DNA from: Sminthopsis crassicaudata
Lineage: Eukaryota
DNA length: 64,000 nucleotides
Reading direction: 5' to 3'
NCBI RefSeq assembly: GCF_048593235.1
Contig: NC_133620.1
Span: forward strand, 294,019,765-294,083,764
Shown piece by piece: positions 1-22,289 of the stretch (positions within the stretch are counted from its first letter, which is position 1; every line of letters starts with the position of its first letter). The position numbers and the translations under genes are program-made. The notes under the pieces were generated by a model, which ran no database searches, had not been told where the DNA came from, and saw nothing but the letters and a program-made list of their open reading frames with translations.

Positions 1-440
1 TGATGGCCAAACAGGATCCATGCTGACCTCCAGCCATCTGAATAAGACTCATCTCAAAGCATTCAGGAGAGAGGGATTCCAGAGACTCTTTTAGGGTTTC
101 AACTATCAAGGAAACAAAGGCAAGGTGGGGGGCAGAACACTGGTGAGTGGGAACTCCAGGAAAGACCATAACTTCAGTTCTGACAGGTTGGGGGTAAGGA
201 AGGATGGATCATAAATTCTGATAAGTTGGGAGTAAAGAAGCTAGAAGCCAGGAAGTCTGAAGTCTTGTGACTCTTTGGAATGCCAGAGTGGCCAGGGTTC
301 TGTAGCCCTAATTATCTCAGTCCTTAATGCCCAGGAAGGGGGGGTTGCCACTAGGGAAACAAGCAGAACAATTCAGGGAAACAGGCATAATAAGAGTGGG
401 ATAACAATACAAGTCCAAGGTCCCCAAGTGGCATGATATT
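1..440. mobile_element. LTR-like element, copy A (partial, runs off window start)
   Basis: Shares long diverged blocks with 1230-1690 (ggaaacaaaggcaa..gaacactgg, gaaagaccataact..tctgacaggttg, tgtgactc..ggaatg). No coding capacity. Family not identified. Confidence 0.4.
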
Positions 441-1229
441 AGATTAGATATGGAGATCAGATACAATTGCAGAGCACCTGAGACAAAGTCTTTCCATGTA
501 GAGACATTAAGAATCCTGCTTGCCGGAGTTATGACAACATGGAATGAAAATGCCTTGGAGAGATTCGAGCATGGATCTAACCTGATTCTAACGGGTTCTA
601 ATCAATTAACCACATTGGTTGGGCTTTTAAAAAATGGTTGCATAGGCACTGGAGACATCTCAAAAAAGGTGAGTCAGCCTTTCTAGCCATTTGTTCATCA
701 CCTAAATACTCTAGGGATCTTGTTAATTTCTTTATTCAAATGTTTAGTGGTAAAGGATAATGTTTTAAGGAGAGAAGCTTTAGGGACGGCTTCCTCTCAA
801 AAACCTCAGCACTTTTTTTTTTTGTTTGGTTTTATTTTTTTCCCAGTTTTAGGTGAAAGAAATTGGATCCTCCAACCTCATAAGTTTCAGGAGGTCAGAA
901 AAGAGTTCCAGAGTCTGGATTTTGTAGCTATCTCAGCTAGAATGTCTCAAGAAGCAAGAAATGATTTTCTAGGCCTAGACCTATGATGAGGAACTATTCA
1001 ATAGTCATACTATATCTGGACATAAATTTGGTGACAACAATGTCAGCTAGGAACTATGAGGATATCCCCCAAGGTTTTGGGGAGAAATATTCATACTTTG
1101 TTCTTATTACATCTTCCAACTAAATTAACTTTTTAAATAAAAGCATTTTTAGGAAACCTTAGTTCTAATAACACAGCTAATCAAAAAGGGCTTCTCCTAA
1201 CAGGGATTATCAAACTGGAACTGATTATA

Positions 1230-1690
1230 GTGCAATGCTGGAGAAACTGAGGCAAGACAGAGATTAGGTTTTTAATATTTTAATAGTGGAGAATTTAGGC
1301 TAGCCAGTTGGACAGGACTCTTGCCCTAAAGATATCCAATCAATAGCAATTAAAACATAGACCTTTTATAGGACTCCAACATAGTTTCCAAAAGGGAAAC
1401 AAAGGCAAAGAGGGGAGAACACTGGATAAATTATAATTTCAGAAAGGACCATAACTTTTTAATTCTAACAGGTTGAGGGTCAAGAAGGTCGAGAACAAGA
1501 GACAGAGAATCTGGGGCAAGAGATAGTGAGCACTACCCAGGCATTTGAGATAAGCCATCTGGAGTTTTATGACTCACTGGAATGTGAAAGTGACCAGAGT
1601 TTAATGGGGTAAGAAAAAGGGGAAGGGTTGGCCCTAATGTTTTATTAAGGACATAGCATAATTTAGGGAAACTGAGGTATTACAATAGAA
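1230..1690. mobile_element. LTR-like element, copy B
   Basis: Begins tgattatagtgcaatgctggagaaactgaggcaagacagagattag, which resembles marsupial ERV LTR termini as I recall them. Paralogous to 1-440. Confidence 0.45.
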
Positions 1691-2337
1691 TGTCCCCTAG
1701 TGTTCTCTTCAAACCATTCGTATTCCATGTCAACACAACACTCCTCTGCACCTCTCCCCAGGCATTCTGTCCATGAGCCAGCCCCTTATTACACTGCTAA
1801 TTAGGCACATTATTTAATGCTGTAATTCCAGATGATTTTGGCTTTTTCCTTTGGCTGTGATTAGTCTCCTAATGCAGTTCATGAATGTATCAGAAGTGAG
1901 TCTTTGGGATCAGCATCCTTTCCATCATTGCCCCTCACTTTGACAATGTAGTATCCAGCAGCCTTCATAGTTTGGTGCTAATGATTATGAGGAGCTGGAA
2001 AAAGTGATCTGTTGTTTTTTATCTATACTTATTGTGGTTCTGATTATACATGATTTCTGAGAAAAGTGGAACTTTGTTTTTACTCAATTCAGTAACCAAT
2101 TGCAATTTCCTTTAGAATGATCATTTGATCAGAAAATTGTCAAATACTTTTTATGAGAATTTAGAGGATTCTTAACTTTATCAGAGGCTGTGGGAAGCAG
2201 AAAAGTTGAAATTGAAACAAGTAGCTTTCTTCTACCTTTTCCTTTCCCCCTTCTGTACTCTTCTCTCTCCTTCCCTCCTGATCCTACCACTTCTTTCCAC
2301 CTTTCTTTTTTCTTTCCTCCCTTCCTCAGACTAGCTG

Positions 2338-2488
2338 GTAGAGGACAGCCAAGGAAGCCACAGAACATTCCAAGGCAGACATCACAGGACTGTGCCTGGA
2401 CATGTTCTCCAAAATCCCTACATATTTGACAGGTGAACTAACAGCTATCAATGAAGACTATAAACTTCTGGAAAAAATGAACAAACTG
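2338..2488 (+). pseudogene. BLOC1S2: BLOC1S2 (BLOC-1 subunit 2) retrocopy fragment
   Basis: 2345-2488 translates TAKEATEHSKADITGLCLDMFSKIPTYLTGELTAINEDYKLLEKMNKL, versus human BLOC1S2 (recalled) TAEEAKEPAEADITELCRDMFSKMATYLTGELTATSEDYKLLENMNKL. There is a +1 frameshift after VE at ~2344. No start codon, and it is 3'-truncated. Confidence 0.85.
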
Positions 2489-2559
2489 TTTAGTTTTGAT
2501 GTAGAGCAGGAACTTTAATCAGTCCAATCTGCTTCCATGGAGAGAACTTCAATCACCCA

Positions 2560-2880
2560 TCCTGTTCCCATAGTCATACACAAAGGTAGGCCAATCCCTT
2601 GTTTGTGTATCTAAAAGGCACATCCTACTTCCTCCAGTTTCACCACATCAGGCATACATGTGAGTTTGTACTTGTCTAGGACCCAGCCAAACTCCCCCTA
2701 ACTTTGCCTAAACTCAACTCCCTAGGCTCCTTAATCCCTTCCCCTTTTCTTTATGACTTTAAAAAGCCATCTTCCCTAAAGCACCTTGCTTAATCTTTGC
2801 TAATTTAGTCCATGATGCTTTCACATTAATAAAGTGCATCCTTTGTGACTTCTTATAAATGTCTCCCATGAATTCTTCAC
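2560..2880 (+). mobile_element. solo LTR-like element
   Basis: Begins near tgttccc, has a TATA-like tttaaaaag (~2757) and AATAAA (~2828), and ends ...ttcttcaca. No TSD found. Confidence 0.35.
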
Positions 2881-2984
2881 ATTGCAAACTCCTCTCCCAC
2901 TACCTAGTACCTGGATATTTTAGGTACCTGATACGTCATCAGCTTGATCTAGAAATGAAAAAAAATATATATTTTTTTCAGTTC

Positions 2985-3506
2985 TTTTTTAAAAATTAAT
3001 TTTATAATTATAACATTTTTTGACAGTACATATGCATAGGTAATTTTTTACAACATTATCCCTTGTACTCCCTTCTGTTCCGAATTTTCCCCTCTTTCCT
3101 TCTACCCCCTCCCCTAGATGGTAGGCATTCCCATACATATTAAATATCTTATAGTATATCCTAGATACAATATATGTGTGCAGAAGCGAATTTTGTTGTT
3201 ATTGTTGTTACAAAGGAAGAATTGGATTCGGAAGGTAAAAATAACCTGGGGGGAAAAACAAAAAATGCTAACAGTTTACACTCATTTCCCATTATTCCTT
3301 TTCTGGATGTTGCTGATTCTGTCCATCATTAATCAATTGGAATTGGATTAGCTCTTCTCTATATTGAAGATATCCACTTCTATCAGAATACATCCTCACA
3401 CAGTATCATTGTTGAAGTGTATAATGATCTCCTAGTTCTGCTCATTTCACTCAGCATCAGTTGTTGTAAGTCTCTCCAAGCCTCTCTGTATTCATCCTGT
3501 TGGTCA
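2985..3506 (-). mobile_element. LINE-1 3' end (5'-truncated)
   Basis: Reverse complement matches the L1 3' UTR also seen at 4700-5150 and 59696-60200. A/T-rich tail at ~2985-3010. Confidence 0.85.
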
Positions 3507-4278
3507 AGAAATGAAAAATATTGAACTAAACTTAAGTAGAAACCTAAAGTACTTAAATTAGAAATATGAAGTACTTCAATCTTACCTGGATAAGATCACT
3601 TTAATTGCGAAGCAACTAGCAGCTCTGGAGCACTCTACAAGTTGGATACATATTCAAAGAAACTAAAACAAACCACAGGGAGTCAGTGAAAGAATTCTTT
3701 AGCAAACAAACCTGAACGTAATAGAAAATTTGACATATAAATTCAACATCAAAGACAGATTTCAAGGGACAAACTTTATAGTTTATACATGGATTTATGG
3801 TTTATGCATAAACCACATGTCCAACATTATCATTAGTAATTGGGTAGTCCAAAAGAAAGACTGGGGTAGATCTGTGTATAAGTTTCTAAAAAGTAGAACC
3901 ATGTAGGAAAAGGTAAAAACAGTAATTATATTATATGAATGAGATGCAAGAGCAAGAATTAGCACAGAATAATTAGACAGTAGAAGTAAAGTAGAAAATT
4001 AGCAGGAATAGTGAATAAAGGGCCCCAAAGCTCTAAAACTCCTTGAAGAAGAAAATCTTCAACTCTGCCTCAGTGAGGTACCCCAGCCCAGGGGAAACAA
4101 GACAGTTTTATTCTGTTATCTAGGTGGGGTTGACTCAGTCCTGAGCAAAACATTTCCAACCCTATTGAATTAAAGATACTCATTCAATTCTATTCAAATT
4201 CCCACTTAAGCTGAAACCCAGCTTATAGATGAGCCAACTTGGGTTGTCCCAGCCCCAATTAAGACCCAATATAATACA

Positions 4279-5150
4279 AATCACTATTGATCAGAGAAAT
4301 GCAAATTAAGACAACTCTGAGGTATCATTACACACCTGTCAGATTGGCTAAGATGACAGGAACAAATAACGATGAATGTTGGAGGAGATGTGGGAAAACT
4401 GGGACACTGATGGATTGTAGGTGGAATTGTGAAAGAATCCAACCATTCTGGAGAGCAATCTGGAATTATGCCCAAAAAGTTATCAAAATGTGCATACCCT
4501 TTGACCCAGCCATACTACTACTGGGCTTATACCCCAAGGAACTACTAAAGAAGGGAAAGGGTCCTGTATGTGCCAAAATGTTTGTGGCAGCCCTTTTCAT
4601 AGTGGCTAGAAGCTGGAAGATGAATGGATGTCCATCAATTGGAGAATGGTTGGGTAAACTATGGTATATGAATGTTATGGAATATTATTGTTCTATAAGA
4701 AATGACCAACAGGAGAAATACAGAGAGGCTTGGAGAGACTTACATCAACTGATGCTGAGTGAAACGAGCAGAACCAGAAGATCATTATACACTTCAACAA
4801 TGATACTGTACGAGGATGTATGCTGATGGAAGTGGATTTCTTCAACATAGAGAAGAGCTAATCCAATTCCAATTGATTAATGATGGACAGAACCAGCTAC
4901 ATCCAGAAAAGGAACACTGGGAAATGAATGTAAACTGTTATTTTTACCTTCTGAATCCAATTCTTCCTGTGCAACAAAAAATTCGGTTCTACACACATAT
5001 ATTGTATCTAGAATATACTGTAATATATTTAACATATATAAGACTGCTTGCCATCAGGGGGAGGGGGTTGGGGGAGGAAGGGAAAAAATCTGAATAGAAG
5101 TAAGTGCAAGGGATAATGTTGTAAAAAATTACCCATGCATATGTACTGCC
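4279..5150 (+). mobile_element. LINE-1 3' fragment (ORF2 C-terminal CCHC region + 3' UTR)
   Basis: ORF 4287-4826 (REMQIKTTLRYHYTPVRLAK...CWRRCG..GTLMDC.W..IQPFW..IWNY...PFDPAILLLGLYP...GCPSIGEWLGKLWY) is the typical L1 ORF2 tail. Confidence 0.93.
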
Positions 5151-5619
5151 AATATAATAGCTTCCTTCAAAGAAGGTCTTTTGCAGATGGACCTTGGCAG
5201 CTCCCTTTGCTGCCAGGATCTTCTATCCACTGAAACTGCATTCTCTCAGTGCAAAATCTCATTTTCCATAGATCTGTACTATAGAAGTCAGTCTCTTGGT
5301 AAACTGATTTCTATCTAACAATAAACTTTCATTTTGCAACTAATAATTCGGGAGTGAGTAAATTCTTTTATTCCTAAAACCTGTGGCTGATTTAAAGGGG
5401 ATTCTTAACAACTCTCTTATAGCCACTAATCTAGAGCACTCAAAAATAGGAAACAAATAATCACAAACACCAAAACAATGATTAGGAGTAGAATTTATTA
5501 GGAAAAAAAAAAAGGTAGAGGTCATAATCATTGATCTCAGAAAAGTCAAAGTTTAAAAAAAGTCAATCAAAAGAGAGATCTACATTTTATATCAGCCATA
5601 TTAATATTGTTTTAGATGC

Positions 5620-5651
5620 ATGAGTATGTATATGGATGCATATGGATGTAC

Positions 5652-5684
<33 letters not shown>

Positions 5685-5707
5685 AATATATATATATATA
5701 TATATAG

Positions 5708-5739
<32 letters not shown>

Positions 5740-5740
5740 C
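5620..5740. repeat. (TA)n/(CA)n compound microsatellite
   Basis: Direct reading: tatatatata...cacaca...tatatata. Confidence 0.95.
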
Positions 5741-5889
5741 ACTTCCCCAAAAAACAACAAAGGAAACCTCCAAGGAAGCAAAGAAAAGCTGGACAGTCGG
5801 AATAAAATCTACCTTGACAGAGAACCAACTTGATTCTTTCAATTCTATTCCTGGGACCTTGACTGATCCTCATCAATATACTAAAAAAT

Positions 5890-6050
5890 ATTAATAAGCT
5901 AGAAATTGATCAATACTTATTTTAAAAAAGGCCCAAATTAAGAAAGATCATTTCCCAATATCAGCAAAAAAAAAAAGGTGTTTTTTTTTTAAAACAAATC
6001 ATGAGTAAACTTTCAAAGAAAAATATTTTAAGGTGAATTATGGCAAACAT

Positions 6051-6083
<33 letters not shown>

Positions 6084-6600
6084 AGGCTGGGGTTAAGTGA
6101 CTTGCCCAGGATCACTTGCTAGGAAGTGTTAAGTGTCTGAGACCAGTTAAACTCGGATCCTCCTGAATTCAAGGCTGGTGCTCTATCCACTGTGCCACCT
6201 AGCTGCCCCTATGGCAAACATTGAAAGAACAATTAATTTGAAAAGGAAAGCTCTTTCCATTTTCTTTCTAATGATACAAAGCTGGTTTTTGATACATAAA
6301 GAGAAACAAAACAGAGGGAAAATTATAGAGTAAAATGAACATTGACACAAAAATTTTATTTAAAATAACATATTAGTAAGATTATGTGTTATGAAAATGT
6401 TGGATTTATACCACGAATGTAGATTTTGCTTCAATATAAGGAAGATGACACAATTACAAACCATATTAATAACATAGTACTTAAAAAATACATGTTTAAA
6501 TCTTAGTGAAGTCTTTTGATAAAATACAATACCATTTCTGTTACAAAAACCTCAGACACTATAATGCCTAGGAATAAATGGATTTTTCCTCAATATAATA
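5890..6600 (+). mobile_element. old, highly decayed LINE-1 ORF2 (RT region), interrupted by a SINE
   Basis: Degenerate nucleotide matches to ENYRPISLMNIDAKIL / [15 protein letters not shown] / AFDKIQHPFL (aacattgacacaaaaattt, ggatttatacca, ttttgataaaatacaataccatttct). Confidence 0.6.
6052..6209 (-). mobile_element. WSINE1-type CORE-SINE, full length, 13-bp TSD
   Basis: Reverse complement begins ggggcagctaggtggcacagtggatagagcaccagcc and ends in poly(A). TSD tatggcaaacatt at 6039-6051 and 6210-6222. Confidence 0.92.
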
Positions 6601-6607
6601 ACATTAT

Positions 6608-7116
6608 TGATGAGAGATGAGAGTACTGATAAAGAGGTTAGGCAGGAATGGGTGGGGTTCTGTTGGGCCCTGAAACCTTCTACGCCACCTGTTTTCCATG
6701 ACCCCTATAATATAATGCCTTGGCTAACAGTACAAACTAGAATTGGGTTGAGGCACCCAGGAGTGTATCCTGCTGACAGGTGTGCACTAGGTATTCCAGC
6801 AAGAGAAGTAAGTCACAGTCATGCATCAAGTACATGCTAAGAATAGGGCAAGCACTCCCCTCCATTGGAAGGACTGTTGCCAAGGCATGTGATCTGGGGG
6901 AAACAGGGTGGTTGGGGGGGAAGATATAAGGGACAAGAGACAAGGGAGAAGTAGAGACATCCTGGGAGACATCACAAGCTGTACCAAATAAAGTGTGCCA
7001 GCTGCAACCTTCACTGGATGTGGTGACTATCTCCTCTCCTATATCTGGAGACATCGGAAGAGTAGTTGAGGTGACTAGGTAAGGAAAGGTACCGCCCAGT
7101 TAGGAGTAGCCTAACA
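6608..7116 (+). mobile_element. solo LTR-like element
   Basis: TG...CA termini (tgatgaga...cctaaca), TATA-like tataatataat (~6707) and AATAAA (~6988). No TSD confirmed. Confidence 0.4.
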
Positions 7117-8541
7117 GGGTTCTGTTCTCCAAGGCATAGTTGGGATGAAGGAATTCACTAAACCCAAAGGCTATGGTAAAAGAAACCAAATTTGCCAATA
7201 TGGAAAGAAAAGATGGGACTTCCAGCCAAGAATTGCCAGAGGGATGCATTCATACAAAGAGAACATTTTTCCCCCAGCTGATTTTCTGTCCTCAAAGTCA
7301 TCATAATTAAATATTTAAATTCTGAAGAGCTATTTCCCTCAAGGTGTTGTCATTTAATCAGGCCCCAATTTTTGATTAGTGTTTTGTGATTAGTGGTTTG
7401 AGGCATTTTTCATATGGTTATAATGGGGGGTGAACCCTAAAACTGAATGTTCCCTTTGGTCTGTAAAAGAAGGGAGATTCCGGGTTTCAGGCTTTTCCCT
7501 TGGGAAAAGCATACCTTCCCAGACAAGCCCTTCCCAAGTTAAATGGCTTCATTCAATCAGAGATCTTGGTCGAATCACCCTCCATTGGAACCGAGATCTT
7601 TTAGGGGTGGCCCAGATCCCCTTCAGGGAGTTCCCAGACTCTGGGAAAAGTCTTCAAACTCCCAGTTAAGTGATTTTATTCAATTGGAGATCTCTGCCTG
7701 ATGGTCCTCTCGATTAGCCCTAACAGCTCCCAGTCCCAGGTGCTCTATCCACTGCGCCACCTAGCTGCCCCCTTAAATATGTTAAAGTATAATGTCCAGT
7801 TATTTTGCTATACAAAAAGAATGGGAGTTTGAAATAACGTAAATTTAGCCTGTAAAGGAAATAAAAAATGCAGGCTGACAAAAATAGAGGGATTCTTTGC
7901 CAAATTCCTAATGAGGAATTTTGCCCACTAAAAGAATTCCTTCTTAGTGAACAATAAACTTCCCTTTTCTGCCACTCAGACTTTTTGGGTTTGTGAATTC
8001 TTTTGCATTGGACCCCGGGCCAGAGGGGATTCCCCACCTCAATTCTCCCACCTCTCTTCTACCACTAGCACTGAATCAGTTGTAATGGATTTCATCCTTT
8101 GAAAACTGTCTATTCATATTCCTTGATCACTTATTTAATGAGAGATGAGCTTTTAATTTTGAATCAATTCACTACATAGTTGGATATGACTTTTATTAGG
8201 GAAACTTGCTGCAAAGATCTTTTCCCCTCACTTATGTTTCACTCCTAATTTTAACTGCATTGGTTTTAGTTTTGTTTGTGCAAAACTCTTTTAATGTTAT
8301 ATAATCATAAATGATCTTTTTAATTTTTGTGACCCCCCCCCTGCCCTGCTTTGATCACGACTCTTCCCCTATCTAAAGTTCTGAAAGTTCTCCCTTGCTT
8401 TTCTAATTGGGTCAGTTTATTCTTTATGTCCAGTCAGATGCCCATTTATGTAAAACTTAAAAGGTTTGCAAAACGCTTTACAAATACCATTGTATCCCCT
8501 AATACTCCTGGGAGGCATTTTTACGTATGAAAAAGCTGAGG

Positions 8542-8687
8542 GGGGCAGCTAGGTGGCGCAGTGGATAGAGCACCAGCCTTGAATTCAGGAGGACCCGAGT
8601 TCAAATATGATCTCAGACACTTAACACTTCCTAGTGTGTGACCCTGGCCAAGTCACTTAACCCCAGCTTCAGGGGAAAAAAAAAAAA
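8542..8687 (+). mobile_element. WSINE1-type CORE-SINE, full length, 12-bp TSD
   Basis: gggggcagctaggtggcgcagtggatagagcaccagccttgaattcaggagg...poly(A). TSD aaaaagctgagg at 8530-8541 and 8688-8699. Confidence 0.93.
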
Positions 8688-9387
8688 AAAAAGCTGAGGC
8701 AGGGATTCTCACATACTCCCGCTAAGGCTGGGGCTCCCAGACCCCCTGCCAAGCGCGGTGCATTGTGCCCGCCCAGCAGCTTCAGAGAATAATTGTGTCT
8801 TTATTTTATAACCCGAGGCATTCATTTACATTTTATTCTTTAGCGTTTTCTAAGTAAATCACCACGTCAGTAAGCAGGGATCATTTTTTCTTTTCGCAGA
8901 TACCCCCTTCCCTAGCGCGGTATTACACCTCGGATTCGGAAGGCAGAACACCGGGAGTTCCGGGTTTGGTGCGCAGCAGTTCAGGGCCCAGACTGCAGCT
9001 CAGAGGGCTTTCTTTTCTCCCGGGTCAGCTGTGGCCACCTGGGGCCACTCGGGGAGAGGGCGGGGCGCGCAGTTATCTCTACCCCAAAGTACCGGGAACG
9101 AGGCGCACTCTTCCCTTAAGAAAGCGACGATGTTCCCTCGGAATTCTCCCCACAAATTGCTGTTTCCCACCAGCGCGGCCTCTGGCTTCCTCCGACCGTT
9201 CCTTTTGCCCAAGGTCAGGAACTAGGATGGCCAAGCAGAAGGAAGAGGCCAGAGTCTGGGCGCCACAGAGAAAAGAAGGGATCGCGCGCCTCGGCCCCAA
9301 AGGCACTGCGCATGCGTTTTGCGTCGCCAATCCTCTACGGAAGCTGGGAGAGCCGGGAGTCCGCGGAGGCTGGCTGATGCGAGCAAG

Positions 9388-12233
<2,846 letters not shown>

Positions 12234-12746
12234 AAGGGGACAACCCTTTCCTCAAAATAAGTGAGGGCAGAGGACTGTGATCTGCTTCACTGAGGAAAAA
12301 TTTTGTCCCCAGAAGCAGGGAAGTGGCTTATTTCCCCTTTAGAGAAGCCCTTAAGCCTGCATAGCTTCCTTCCACACAAATTGTTAATAATAAATGGGGA
12401 ATAGTTCCCCCTCCCACGATTTTGTCCTTTCTGTTAAAAGGAGTTAGGTTTAAGAGTCTTTATATATAAGCTCTAATTAATGTTAAGGATGCCACCAGAA
12501 GATTTGAAGAGATTTGGTTCATTTGAAAGCCTGGAGAACTAACCATAATTGGTTGTGCTGGTATTCTCTCCTCCCCCTAAGAAAATTTTAGTATTTTTGC
12601 AAAAGTTCAGGAAACACTTTATTAGCAATGCAAATATGTAACATATATATTGTAGCAGTTTTAAACTTTTCCTCTGCCCTAGGCAGAGGCTTTCTCTACA
12701 TTCAAGCATTAGGCTTTAAAAAATGCTGTTTAAATATTGCCCAAGG

Positions 12747-21839
<9,093 letters not shown>

Positions 21840-22289
21840 AGCTGCAGAAAGCAGGGGACGGGGTAGTGGTGTCCGGAACGGGACTAGCGGATCTGCAGCA
21901 ACACGTAGGCGAGGTTCTTGGAAGGGAAAAAAGGTAAAAAGTGGAGCTACGCAAATTCGGGGCAAGCAACCGAAATTGGCGCGAAACGTCCCAGTCGACG
22001 TGCCTGGCGGCTCCTCGTCAGAGCCAATAGGGAAAAGAGCGTTTGCCGCCGCGACCGAAGTTCCCGCCCCGAGGGTGCGGCTTGGCCTAAGACCCCACCC
22101 AAGGGAGAACTGTAAGCGTCACCCTTTCCCTCTTCTCCCTCCGCTAGTCTGCCAAACTTCAGCCAATCAGGGGACAAAGTGGGATGTTATGATTAGAAAG
22201 GAGGGACTTAAGTGAGGAAGCAGGTCTTTCTACTAGAAAGCGTTATCCTGGAGAGTCAGCGTCTTCTCTAGGCCAGCAACCTAGGAGCC
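21840..22289. promoter_or_regulatory. MCM7/AP4M1 bidirectional CpG-island promoter
   Basis: Start codons are 450 bp apart, head-to-head. E2F site ttggcgcgaaa at 21976-21986; CCAAT boxes at 22024-22028 and 22163-22167. Confidence 0.85.

Noticed and set aside
1690-2230. Coding-looking sequence (e.g. FGANDYEELEKVI on +, AAGYYIVKVRGNDG on -), considered as a pseudogene or non-retroviral viral fossil (filovirus/bornavirus/parvovirus EVEs occur in marsupials)
   Set aside because: All frames are stop-ridden and I recognised no family motif. It needs BLASTX and is not supportable by eye.
4287-4826. 179-aa ORF that might be a domesticated gene
   Set aside because: It is the standard L1 ORF2 C-terminal fragment inside a 5'-truncated L1.
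5587-5894. Several 60-90 aa ORFs rich in I/Y
   Set aside because: Translations of a (TA)n microsatellite.
7116-7340. Possible remnant of a KRAB-ZNF gene (ZNF3 lies upstream of COPS6 in human)
   Set aside because: No KRAB box or C2H2/TGEKPY motifs found in any frame here or elsewhere in 1-9000.
8542-8615. tRNA-like head sequences (also at 6052, 26097, 46926, 51946)
   Set aside because: They are tRNA-derived CORE-SINE heads with SINE bodies, poly(A) tails and TSDs, not tRNA genes.
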